The notes beneath the pieces were generated by a model that saw only the letters and a list, made by a program, of their open reading frames with translations, had not been told where the DNA came from and ran no database searches. Of a stretch of 64,000 nt of DNA, positions 34,810-47,300 are shown one piece after another. The DNA comes from Paraspadella gotoi (Eukaryota > Animalia > Chaetognatha): NCBI GenBank assembly GCA_051294375.1, contig CM119267.1, positions 4,235,260 to 4,299,259 on the forward strand, written 5' to 3'. The translations under genes were made by a program, and so were the position numbers. Each line of letters starts with the position of its first letter. Positions within the stretch are counted from its first letter, which is position 1.

Positions 34810-35703
34810 GTTGAGTCAAATCGAAAAAAAGATCATCGTCGGCGGCGAGAATCTGCTGGAGAAAGCGGAAGAGCAGGACCGGTTGCTGCAGGAGAGCGCC
34901 GCAGAGCTGGAGAAGCGGCGGAAGCGCGAGGACGAGCTGCGGGAGGCGCTGGAGGCGAGGGAGGCCGAGCGGCTGGACATCGAGGAGAAGTACTCGACTT
35001 TGCAAGAGGAGGCGGCCGGAAAGACCAAGAAGCTGAAGAAGGTGTGGACCATGTACATGGCGGCCAAATCTGAAATGGCCGATCTTCAGCAAGAGCATCA
35101 GCGAGAAATGGAGGGCCTCTTGGAAAATGTGCGGCAACTGTCTCGGGAACTCAAACTGCACATGCTCATTATCGACAGCTTTATTCCTCAGGTGGGTCGA
35201 GAGACAGATTTTTGGTCTTTAAGATAAAGACCGTCAAATTATGTCTTTCAAAACGATTCAGGAATATCAAAATATGATGGAGCAACATGTTCACTGGAAC
35301 GAGGACATCGGCGAATGGCAGCTTAAGTGCGTCGCATACACTGGCAACAACATGAGAAAACAGACACCCGCTACCGACAGGTAAGGTGTACCATGAGACG
35401 ATGATTTAAAAAAAAAAAAAATGCGCTAAGGCATTAATTTATAAAATACTCCATCTTTCGATCCTCAGGGACGCGGATCTCGACTCGGAACTCGACTTGT
35501 CCCACGTTTATTACGCGTATTCCGAAGAAGGCGCCGCCATGGCGCTCGGCAACTCTCCCCGTGGCAAAAACCGAGAGGGCGGGGGAAAAGGTCGACCCAA
35601 GACCGCGTCGGGCCGGGAGGGTGGGGGTCGGCCCAAAACGGCTGGCGGTAGCAAGAAGAAGTCAAGGAATCCCCAAGCCGACATCAATTCCCTGCTACAA
35701 TGA
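29993..35703 (+). CDS. KIF3A: Kinesin-2 motor subunit KIF3A, spliced
   Basis: [24 protein letters not shown]|[107 protein letters not shown] repeats, terminal SLLQ*. Confidence 0.95.
30425..32912 (+). mobile_element. Non-autonomous DIRS1-like (tyrosine-recombinase class) retrotransposon in KIF3A intron 2
   Basis: Inverted terminal repeats 30425-30581 and 32734-32912 with non-identical outer ends; ICR at 31339-31426 complementary to both outer ends; AATT at both boundaries; frameshifted gag-like ORF; no RT/RNase H/recombinase recognised. Confidence 0.85.
30983..32767 (+). pseudogene. Degenerate gag-like ORF of the DIRS-like element
   Basis: Poly-Pro and coiled-coil start (30983-31198), then frameshifted pieces leading to the helical ORF 31850-32767 containing [12 protein letters not shown]; the gag call rests mainly on position inside the element. 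Confidence 0.5.
33431..33520 (-). repeat. Diverged reverse copy of the 1203/14503 repeat
   Basis: The reverse complement reads gttattacattgtaagagtgagggagcccttaacac...gggcaagacagcttatttattaaataaatga. Confidence 0.65.
33840..33930. repeat. ~24-bp pyrimidine-rich tandem repeat in a KIF3A intron
   Basis: aattt[t/g]ctcttttttttccctctc, about 4 copies. Confidence 0.7.
34762..34807 (+). repeat. (TC)n microsatellite acting as the polypyrimidine tract
   Basis: The TC run ends directly at the acceptor ctcag|gttgagtcaaatc. Confidence 0.85.
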
Positions 35704-36204
35704 GAGCCCAAATAATTTGATCTGCCCCTTCCCTCAACCATAGAAAACGTATGTTCTCGATCTCTAGTTTTCCGGAAACTCGGAAATTGAACTCAAGTGT
35801 CCTTTTCCTTCAAGAATCGCTCTTATCATTTTAAAAGTTTCGCACCTCCCTCCACCTCCCTCAAACCTCCCCCCAATCTCCCCCAATCTTCTTTAATCCT
35901 CTCTGACGAGGATTATGGAAAGAACTTCGACCGGGCGGGTCTCGATGTAAAGTCAGTCGTTACTCGCCGCGGTCACTGGAATGAAAAAAAAAAGCCTGCT
36001 TGTACCGAATTTATCACTATGAGAGCGTTGTCTAAGGAACGGTTTTTCACTAGTTAAATTTGTGAAATAAATATTTCTCAACTTCAACGCCCTCCTGTCG
36101 TTTGCATTGAAAGTCGACGTAAGCGACGAATTGTTCCGTCATTTATTCTGTGATTCACGCCACTGTACTTTCTTAGAGATTACCTTTTCCTCTCGACTCA
36201 TAAA

Positions 36205-37878
36205 ATGGCCGAGACTCCGGAAGTGAAAAGACGCAAAGTCTCGTCCAACGACGTCGATGACGTCGTCGAAGCTGAAAAGAGAAACTGCGCCGATGAAGCG
36301 GCGACCGGCGAAGATTCTCCGGTTAATGACCTCGACAAGTTCAAGATCGTCAAAGTTTTGAATCACTTGAGGGAAAAACATTGCATCTTCCTGTTGGCGA
36401 AAGACGAAACTGATAAAGATGCCGTCGTAAAATTAGAAAAAACTGCCTTTGACGTTAGTAGAATCGAAAAAGCAAATTGTCTAAAAAACATAATTTAAGT
36501 AAATATAAAATTTGTGCTAAAAAACAAACTACCAAATCCTACTCGTTCGCTAAATTCCCTTTCAAAACCCAGGAGGATCTAAATTTGCTCAATCGGTTTT
36601 GTTCTTCCGAACTCGAAACGAAACTCGTCTTCAACAACGACATCTACTCGACGCTGATGGCGACTCCGTCCGAAGCGTTGGTTCGCGATGCCGCGGCTCT
36701 CAAAGCCTCCGTCATCCACCCGGCCACGCCTAATCACATCATCAAATATTCGGAGCAGGTAGGTCTTAACCAGAATAAAATGTCTCGGCATAAAATCGAG
36801 TTAGCGATATTTTTTGTAATTTTTTTCCCCCGGGACAAAGAGAGAGGGGGGTGGTGTTTATCACCTCGTCATCTTTTTATTCCCCCCCCCCCAACCGTTC
36901 TCAGGAGGTTTCCTACGTGACGGAGACGGCGGCGGATTACCGCTCGATCACTTTGCCTTATTTGGAATCCAACTCCTTCGACTGTCGGTGGATTCACAAC
37001 ATTCTCGACCACAAAAAGGAAACTGAGAGAATTATTTTCGAGGACGACGACGACGAGAAGGGATTCGTCCTTTTGCCAGGTTTTTTTTTTTCTCATATTC
37101 GTTTCTAAAAAAAATTTCGATGGAAAGGCTTTATTTTATTTTATTTATTTAAATTTTTTTTTTTGCGCACCGATCATTTTTGCGCTTATTGATACAAAAA
37201 TGGAAAATTAATAAAAAAATCGGGGATTAAATGTATTTTTGAGTCTTAACAACAACAAAAATTTTGTTTATTTTCATTGGTGAAAAAAGCCACAAAAAAA
37301 AAACTACTATTATTTTAGACATGAAGTGGGATGGACGCCAATTGAGCGATTTGTACCTGAGCGCCATCGTTCGTCGTCGCGACTTGAAATCGATTCGCGA
37401 TCTTCGTGCTCAACATTTACCGCTTTTGAGGAATATCCTGACCAAGGGAGTCGAAGCCATCGAAAAAAAGTACAATTCGCCTGCATTTCATTATTTACGA
37501 GAAAACGAGTGATATTTTAAAAATAGAAGGGAAAAAAATATTATTTTTTTTTCGTCAGATATTCTGTTCCGCTTTCGAAACTCGTGATGTACTTTCACTA
37601 TCAACCGACTTATTATCATCTTCACGTACATTTCACGCACGTTTCCTTCGAAGCTCAGGGACGAGACGCGTCGGGGGTAAGATTCGTAACGTGATTGGCC
37701 ACATTTCATTTTCTCATTTCTATTTTTAATTTAATTTTTTTTTTAGGCTCAAGTATTTCAAACTGTGCTGAATCTGATTGAAAAAGACGGAGATCACTTC
37801 GCGTCTTGCGACATTCCATTCAAACTAAAACACAATAGCGGACTTTATAAAGTTTACAAAGAGGCCGGAAAGATTTAA
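36205..37878 (+). CDS. DCPS: m7GpppX scavenger decapping enzyme (HIT family), spliced
   Basis: AVVKLEKTAF, FNNDIYST, VIHPATPNHIIKYSEQ, WIHNILDHKKETERIIFED...GFVLLP|DMKWDG, SIRDL...HLPLL, YFHYQPTYYHLHVHF (HIT motif). Confidence 0.95.
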
Positions 37879-38329
37879 AATTAATTTCGTTTTTCGTCGA
37901 ATAAAATCTTAAAACTTTTTAGGTCTTCACTTTGCTGAGTTTAAAAAAGTGATTGTTGCTTATTTCTCCGTTTCGATGTCAATTACAGTTTCCTTTCTAT
38001 AAATAGGCGATATTTTTTTTTAATTTTACAAGCTGACCGCGCGGCGCTACTTTTTTTTGGCGGATATTTTTTTAACTCTCTTCATATCCTGTTTACTGTT
38101 TCTGTTATGTTGGTTATGTTTTTTAGGTAATGTTATGTTTTGCAATTGAAATTATTTTGAAAGATTGCGGGAATGGGAAAATGCAAAAACAAAAAACCGC
38201 CGAGTCGACTGTTACTCCATGAACTTAATATTAAAAGAACCCAGTAAAAATCCAGTTTTATGATGCGGAGCGCTTAGAAGAACAAAAAATATAACCGAGT
38301 CATTCTGCGAACAAAGGAAAAAAAAAATC

Positions 38330-41300
38330 ATGAATCGACATCAGGTTAGTGTCTTCATGATGTAGATTTAGTTTCGTGATTGTAATCTATTCCATCGGCA
38401 ACACCCCCTTCGTGATCGCCATTGCTAGGTTCTCACCGGTGCCGTCAATTCCGGCGACTACTGTCACGCCGTCGGCTACGTAGAGGGTGTGCCGTTCGTA
38501 GCCTACGGCGCCGGTTGCGACGTGGTCATCCTGGCGGCGGACTTTCAACGCGTCCAGATCATCCCCGGCGCCACGCACGGCAACGTCCAGATCTCCTGCC
38601 TCGACTGCAGCCACGAATACGGGAAGATCGCTGCCTCTTACGGTCCCAGGGTCTGCGTCTTCGAACCCATTCCCCATCATCGCGAGGCCGGCGAGACCAG
38701 GGCCAACGCGGGTCAGTGCCTACATTTTTCAAATCAAGTATTTTGGTAGTTTTGGTATTCATCAATTTTACGTTTTTGGCCCCAGGCGGATGCCGCTCGG
38801 CGGCGAATTCACTGACGAAGCATCGCCTGGACTATAAATGGCAGCAAACGGCGAGCGTCGACGCCGAGTGCCACGTGGCGTCGCTTTCGTGGAACCTCGA
38901 AGGCACGCGCCTCCTCACCGCCGGCCGGGTCATTCAGATGTGGTTCTGCCCTGATCTGGAGCCCAAAGAGGAGGAGGCGGAGGCGTCCGAGGAAGCGGGA
39001 GATGGTGTGGTCTTCTCTCTGGGCGCGCCGACGACGACGACGACGACGACGGGAAACAAGGCGAAAATCGTCGCCAATCATCAGGTGTCGGGAGGGGGGG
39101 GTGTAGGAGGAAAGGAAAGAAGGTAAAACTATTGTATATGTATTTTTTGGGGTCTTTTTTTTTTTAATTTGACTTTATTAAATGACATTTTTTTAAAAAA
39201 AATTGTTTTAAATTATTTTAAATATTTTTAAACAAAAAAATTTTCCGTTCGTGGTTTTCTCGCGACGTAAAGTCGTTGACCGACGACGCCATCGCCGACG
39301 AACTCCTCCCGACTTCCCGTCGATCCTCGTCCTCACGTAAATGGGGACGCGATCGCTCGGCGAGTTTCACCAAGTTTCTTTCGAGAGCCAGCTTCTCTCG
39401 CTCTTCCGACGTTCGACTCGACCGAAAGATTCGCGAGAAATTTCATTCCTTTTCGAGGTGGTTTCTTTGGTCTATACCCAATTTTTTTTGAAGTAGTCCT
39501 TTTCGTCAAATATCATGTTTTCTCTCTCGTTTCACTCCTACCTTATTTACCGACAATAAGCGGTCTCCAGCGAGCGAGTCTGTCTTCGATCGTCACGCTG
39601 GGTTCCTCCAGCTCGCGTTCCTCTTTCCACGGGCGATCGACGCTCTTCGTTTCCGACTCCACTTACGAGCCGAAGCGAAGAAGGCACTTCTCCGAATCCA
39701 TGGCCGGCACAAATCCCGCCGACCCCTTCGCCAGTTTCATGGCCTTTGATTCGTTGAAGAGAGTTGTCGAGTCGAGGAGGGAGGGCGATGAAGCGGAAGT
39801 GGGCGAGAAGCGAATGAGGAAGCGGGAAAAGGGCGGGAGTAAGGATGGAGGATCGAAGAGGCGTGTTGTATGTGAGACGAAGAAAGGGGCAACTACTGTG
39901 ACCCCTGTGAAACAGATCTCTTCTCGAGTCGCTTTTTTAGGCAAACATTTGGTAAAAAAGAGAAAATAGATTTTCGCTTAATTCACGGAACGTTTTTTAT
40001 TTTTTTTTATTTATATCGAAATTCCCAGTGATCTCAATCGATGCATGCAGTTTGGAGTTTTTTTGCGGGAACAAATTGTATATAAATCACGATATCAAAT
40101 AAACTGATTTTTTCAAAATGATGTCAACAATAAAAACATATCAAAATATACCTGGTTAAGCGTATATAATTTCATAAAATGCATGATTTTAAAAAAATTT
40201 ACCCTTTTTTCGCTCACGCTTTTTTTTTTTTTTTTCAGGATTCGGCGATGGTGAACGGTTGCGCCTTGAGTTCCGACTCGAAGATGAACGGCGAAAGTTC
40301 GTTCCCTGTAAGCTGAGTTTACAAACAAAAGTCTCTCAACTAAATATCAACTCGTCTTGTAATTCTTTCGTCGATTCCAAAATTAGGATCATCGCACTTT
40401 CGCTTGGCGAACCCTCTGGCGTTGCGTGCCCTCGTCGCCAGTCTATCTGGCCCGTTTCTCGCACGACGGGTCGCTGTTTGCCACCGTCGGACACAACGAC
40501 CGCCTGGTCAAGATTTGGTACGAACAAACGGGCAACATCCACGCTTCCAGCCCCTCGCCTAGTTCCTCTTCCCCAGGTTCGAAGAATTAAGATGACGCCT
40601 TAAGAAATTTTCTTTAATTCTAATACTAATCATTTTGTTTCTTTTCAGGCGCCGTAAATCCCAGCTTTCCTTTTGTCCCCGGCCAGCGACCGGGAGAGAC
40701 CCATTTTTCTTTCGTCTACGTGGCTCATCCCCGCGCCGTCACGGGTTTTCAGTGGAGACGAACGAGCAAGTACATGCCGAGGGGCTCCGTGGCCAACGTC
40801 CTCGTCACTTCGTCCAAGGACAACATTTCCAGGTTCAATTAGTTGATTAGTTTTATTACTTTACTACTTATTTTAATTGAATTTTACTTAAATTGTGTCA
40901 AGACTTTGGGCGGAAACGATACTCCCCGAGGACTGCGTCTCTGCGTCTTCGTCTCAACCGGCATCGGCGTTGGTGGACCCGTCCGGCCGACGAATATCCC
41001 GGCATCACATTCACAAACACAAGGGAAAGATGATGGCGCGAATCAAGCACATCAGAAAGACGTTTCATGGCCACAAGTTCCGTCAGTCCGAAAGGCCGAA
41101 GGACACCGCTGAGGTATTGGAGGTCCGAGTCCATTGTTTTAGACATCCAAGCCATGAGCACCGGAGCAGTTTTTTTTTTAATCAAATTCTTGATAGATTT
41201 CTACCCTCCAAAGCCACATTTCTATTTTCTTGGCTTTCCCCCCTTCCCGTATTCATACCCATCAAATCCACTTTCCAATCTTTTTACCCATCAAATCCAC

Positions 41301-44300
41301 TTTCCAATCATCTTATTAATCAAATCCACTTTCCAATCTTATTAATCAAATTCACTTTCAAATCTTCTTATTAATCAAATCCACTTTCAAATCTTTTTAC
41401 CCATCAAATCCACTTTCCAATCTTATTAATCAAATCCACTTTCAAATCTTTTTACCCATCAAATTCACTTTCAAATCTTTTTACCCATCAAATCCACTTT
41501 CCAATCTTATTAATCAAATCCACTTTCCAATCTTCTTATTAACCAAATTCACTTTCAAATCTTTTTACCCATCAAATCCACTTTCCAATCTTCTTAATCA
41601 AATCACTTTCCAATTTATTAATCAAATTCACTTTCAAATCTTTTTACCCATCAATCCACTTTTCAATCTTCTTATTAATCAAATCCACTTTCAAATCATT
41701 TTACCCGTCAAAGCCACTTTCACCGACGGCTCACGACCTCCACAAGTTCGGGAGCGAAGCGGAAGCCGCCTCGTCATTGTCAGTCGGCGCCGGATTTCAC
41801 TTCCATCTGGCGGCGACCATCAATCCTGAGACGGACATTCCGCTCCTTCCGAACCTCACGGCCAACGGCGGTCCCTCTCAGTTCATTATTCAGGTGAGTT
41901 TTTCACGTTTTACTTTTTCAACATGAAGATTTATGTTTTTGGGATTATTTTAACATTAAAGTGAAAGGGAACAACTGCCACTTTTAAATGTTATGCACTA
42001 CTACTACAATACGTTAATGAAAATTAAAAATTCATGTCTGGATGGAAAAGACTTTTTTTTTATCGTAACTCCCCCCCCCGTCTTCGTCAGTGGTTGAATA
42101 ACAAGGAGATGTACTTCACCCTTCGCGCGGAGGAGATTCTGGTTTCGATGTCTCGGAAGGCGTTGACTCTCGAAGCCGCGTTGAGGAATCAAGTGGAGCA
42201 GAAAAGAAAGCGGGCGGAACGAGCGAGAGAGGCCAACGAAGACAGCGATGAAGACGAGGAGAACGAAGGTGAGGGGGCGTGCGTGGGAAAATAATCCTAT
42301 ATGGTGGCAGCGATGGTTTTGAGGTGCAGCATATAAAACTTCAAAAATATTCGCAGACAAAACAGAGGCGAGAAGCGATTTAGGTATATAATTCTTCGCG
42401 CATACATCGGATGAACTGAATACAAGTGTCTGTGTTGGATATAAACTTTTGTTAAACGTTGGATTAAAAATAAACTCACTTCGTTCGTGATTATTTAATA
42501 AATGATTAGGATGACGAAGTTTAGCAAAAGTTTATGTCCAACAACTGCTTTCATCCCTTGCGCTTCCGGCGTCTAAGCGCCGCAGAAACTAAAGCTAAAT
42601 ATTCGTTCGGTCGTGGACGACGAGACGCCAATGACGCCAACTTCGCCCGTTTCGCCGCTGCCGTCGTCGGCTCCGGTACCGACCATCGAGATAACCCTGG
42701 TGCCCGAAGGTCCGCGCCGCCCTCGCGGCTCCTTGCGCGGCGTTCGTTCCAAGTCCGCATCCCGCGCCTCCCGCTCCTCCGCCTCCGATTTGAGCGACGC
42801 GGAGCTCGAGATGTCACTCATTTCGGCGCCGTTCGTTTCGTCGCCGATTCATCCGGCGCACGATCCTCGGGCGCCGGAAAGGTTTCGTCGCGCAGTTTCC
42901 GAGGAGCCGCCCGAGTCAGAGGAAAAAGTAAACCTTGAGATTGTAGTGAAAAGAATTGCGATAATTTGATAATACGATAATGAATTTGGGATTCTAATTG
43001 TTTTTTACGCGCTTCGAAGGCGGAATCGGGACGGGGATTATTGGACGGAATCAGGAGCTCATTTTCTAAGTTGAACGTTTGTACGTCGATGGAAGAATAG
43101 TTTGAATCTCCATTTTTTAAAAATATCGATATTGGAGCTTCGTTGCTGAGATCGGCTCAACGTTGTTCTCTCGCCGCCGAATTCGCCTCGTAGTCGCGAA
43201 CTGACGACGGCTCTATAGACTTTGGATTTAACGAATTTCCTTTTTTCTCCAAATCCGAAATCTTTCTGCTATTAATCATTTTAACCCAGACTCTTTCACG
43301 TTTCACTTACTACTTTATACATATATATTATATAGTATCGAGTATTGCGCTCTTACTTATTTAACTTTCGTCCATTTACGTAGCTGTCGTGTTGAGCATC
43401 AATAATCCACAATTGTCCTATTCTTTTTCAGCCAAAAAACGACGAGGGAAGAACTGGTTTATGAAGAAGCACGAACACCTTCAAGACGACGCGGGCGCCG
43501 AAACCGGCGAAGGCAAACTCTCCCGTCAAGGCAGCGCCGTCTCCATGGCGTCGGCGGACAGCGATGCCGGAGGGGAAGGGCCGTTGACTCCTCATCCCAC
43601 ATGGGCCAAAGACTTGGCCTCACCGACCGAGGATCATTTGTGGGCGCAAATGACGCCCGGCGAATCGCTGGACCTTCGCATCGAGGCGCTCGTCCGCGAT
43701 TGGCACGAGTCTGCCGACATGCTCTTCGGCGTCCATCCCCTCGACGGAAGTCTCCTAGTTTGGCTCGTCGACTTTCTTGACGAGTATATTCCTGGTGAGA
43801 TTCATTAGTATTTAGTGATTTCTTCGTTTGATTTATCCATTTTATTTTCTCTTTGTTCTTAACTAGGATCGTACCGTCAGGCGCAAATCAGTTTTTCTTC
43901 TCAAATACCGAACGTCTTTCCTCTGGCCGACGCCTTTTCCGCCTCTTTCAACTTTCAGGTTGTCAAAAAACACAAAAAAATCAAATAGAAAAATACCACT
44001 CCAACAAAAGTACATACCTTATTGTTGTTCACCCAGCTCTACTGCACTCATTCCGCTCTGGATCTCAAGTCGGTTTTGGGGATCTCTTCTTCCTCTGTTG
44101 ACGACGAAGACGTCGAAGACGACTCCACGCCCGTCGACCACCAGAACCAGGAATTCGTTCCCGCCAACGCCGCCGGGAAAAACTCTGCGGGTATATCGCG
44201 TCACGATCCTTATTTTTGTTTGTTTATTTTTACACATTTTTAATGCGTATTTCGTTCACAGGTCAGAACAAATCTTACGGATTTTCTCCCAATATTCTTC

Positions 44301-47300
44301 TTTTGTCGAAGCACAACAACGGAAGTCTCAATCAGTGGCAACTCAACTTTGCCCATGAATCCCGTTTTTGCACCGTCCTTAGGTCTGAAATCGAACGTGG
44401 ATCAAGTGACTAGATATAATTGAACCTTAATCTTTCCTTGCTCTTCATTTCTCCCTCCCGCAGCGTCGTTCACGCTTCACGCGCCTGCGGTCATCGCTTC
44501 CGTATGAACGACGTCTCCTGTCATCCCGTCTTTCCTCTTCTTCTTTCCACCTCCCATCACAATCAACCGCAGACTCTCGACACCGTCGAGGCCGCCTCCT
44601 CCTCCTCCTCCTCCTCCTCCAGCACGACCTCCATGGAGAACTTTTGCTCGGAGTTGATCCTTTGGTCCGTCGAGTCCGTCGGTCCTCTCTCCAAGTCTGG
44701 TGGCATCGAAGAGTTGGCGCGAATCAACTCTCCCCACGTCTCGGCTTTCTCCCACGTGGCTTGGATCCCCACGCTGCTTCCGAGCCACACCCTCGGCGGC
44801 GCCTCCGACTCGCCCTCCGCGGTTTTCGTCGCTTCGGACGGAAAGCGACTCAGGATTTATCAGGCCGTCATCGACGCCAGGTTGCTTTCTTTTTTTTTGG
44901 TACTTAAGCTAATATTATTATCAACTATTATTATTATTTTCTCAGATCATTGCTTATGGAAATCAACGGCATCGAAAAAAGATCATCTTCAGAGTTGGCG
45001 CGGCTACTGGAATCCAGCGCCAACGAAGCATCGGCGGTTTTAACGTGGTCAGCATGCAGTCCACAGGTAAATATAGAAATAACTTATAAAATATGTAATG
45101 AAAAAGAAAAAAAGAAAAGTTCTCCATTACTTTCTCCCTTAGGACGACCCGGCTGCATTTTGGAGCTGGAATCCCTCGCCGACAGCGACGACGTCTGGCA
45201 GCAAACGCAGCTCCTCCACGCCTTTCAAGAGCAGACGCTGCTGGGTCGCAACGCGGGCGACGGCGGAAGCCTCGAGGCTGTCGTGGATCTTCGAGGCTCC
45301 GCCGCATTTCGGGAAAACTTTTATCTGGTCATCGTGGAGACGCGAAAGAACGGAGTCGGCGGGGGAAAGACTTCGATGTTGCACACGTGGAAGATCGAAC
45401 TCAAATCTCTCGATCATCCTGGTGAGACGAAGGAAAAAGATGACCGACTTTGGATTTTTTTAAAAACTTTTTAAACTTTATCTTTTTCCCTCAGATACGT
45501 CGACACAACGACACGCCGCGACGCCTCGTCTCCGGTGTCTCGGCGTCCATTCCACGCGCGTCTACTCGGAGCCGCTCCCGCTTCCGATGGGCGTTCACGT
45601 GGTTTGCGCTAGCGTCGCCGCCGGGCACCTTCCATCCTCGTCCCTCTATCCCGGTTGCTATGCGCCATATTTGCTCGGCACTGCGTGCTCGGACGGATCC
45701 GTGCGTTTTTGGAGTTGTCGCCCGGAGATCCAAGACAACGGGATGGATCGACCTTGTCTGGAATGGAGCGAGTGGGAGATGTTTTCCAAAGCGAAGGCCA
45801 GGTTTGGTCTTTCTTTTTGTCAAGCTCAATAATATTTATATTTTTTTGGATTCATTGAAAATTTTTCTTTGGTTTCCAGCGTCGTTGAGGTTCTCGGATT
45901 TCCGGTCGCACTTAGTTGCGCCTACTCCGGAAGATTCTGCGTCGCGTATCGAGACGGATGCTACAAGAGTCTAGAGGAAGACTCTTCGCTGCAGGTAAAA
46001 AATTGTTTTCCGGCGTCAGTTATAAGAAAAAATATTCATGAAATATTTTTAAATTAAATGTAATCTTTCAACCTCAGTACGACTCGTCTTCGACTCAAAC
46101 CACCGACGTTGTCGTCTCTGTCTTCGAGTGCGAGTCGACGGGCGGTTCCGACTGGATCCTCGAAGACTCTCTTCACTTTCGTCGAGTCCGCATTCCCAAG
46201 ATTAAGGATCTGCGTCTTAACGTGGCCGACTTCATGGCCATGAAGGAGCGGAGGAACAATACCGCCAAGTCCGTGGATCATCTTAGAAAAGGTGAGTTGG
46301 GGATGAAATAATGAGTTCGAGAAAAATTTAGTCGGGGAAAGAGAGAAGAAATCCGACGATTTCTTGACGTTTAAACTGATAGCGTGACTTAAGCTGAAAA
46401 TGATTTTGTGAACGTGACAATCCTCAGCCTTAGTTCCACGCGGTTCCACGGAACGTCTAGACTTATTGGAATCGTCTACTACATCGCGAAAGTCACCGGT
46501 GCCAGGGGTTTCACCATCACCCTCGGTGACCGATCTCACTCAGTATCAAGGTCTTTAATTTAGCATGCATATTTTAGCTACTAGACCTTTCAAAAACTTG
46601 CGAAGAAAAATAAATTTTGAATCGGTGACGGAAATAGGATGGCAGCTCACACTTATTGCATGTCTCTTTTAAATCTTGTTGTCAGTCTCGATTCTCTTCT
46701 GATTCCTAATGTAGCTTTTTTAAATTTGTTAAAAAACTTTTTCTTACTAGATCCTTTCAATTTGGGTAGATCCAGTTGTTCCAGTCTATCTGGGAATCGC
46801 AATTTCATCCTGTGATGGAAATTAAATTTTTTTCACCTAATCACTTCACCCCATTCCAGATTTTCCCAGCCTCAGTAGCCTCCACAAGCTTCGCGCGGAT
46901 CAAGAGGGAGAGGCCAACGCGGCTGCGGACGCGATGACGCTAGCAAAGGCCGTTCAGGCCACGATTCGCCCCAAGCAGCTCGTCCACGTCGATTGGGCCG
47001 CAGTCGAAGACGGCAGCTACGTTCTGACGGTCGGCGTCGGCGCCAGAGTTATCACCTACGCTCCTGTCGCCGCGGGTATGGAAAAAAAATAAAAACGCAA
47101 AACAAAACAAAAACAAACTTAAGTTTTGTTTACGATAGATATGGCGACATCTACTGGAGCGAGCGAAGATCGAGTCCTTAACCCTGCCGACTTTTCTCGC
47201 CCGAGCCTCCAAAGGACGAAGACCCTGGCGGTCGAGCCCTCGCTCGGCGTCGGCGGTCTTCCTCCCGGCGGCCCAGCCATCAAATGGGTCAGACTCAGGG

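Noticed and set aside
46370-46860. Possible structured ncRNA/snoRNA in a DMXL intron
   Set aside because: Only short hairpins; no convincing C/D or H/ACA box arrangement.
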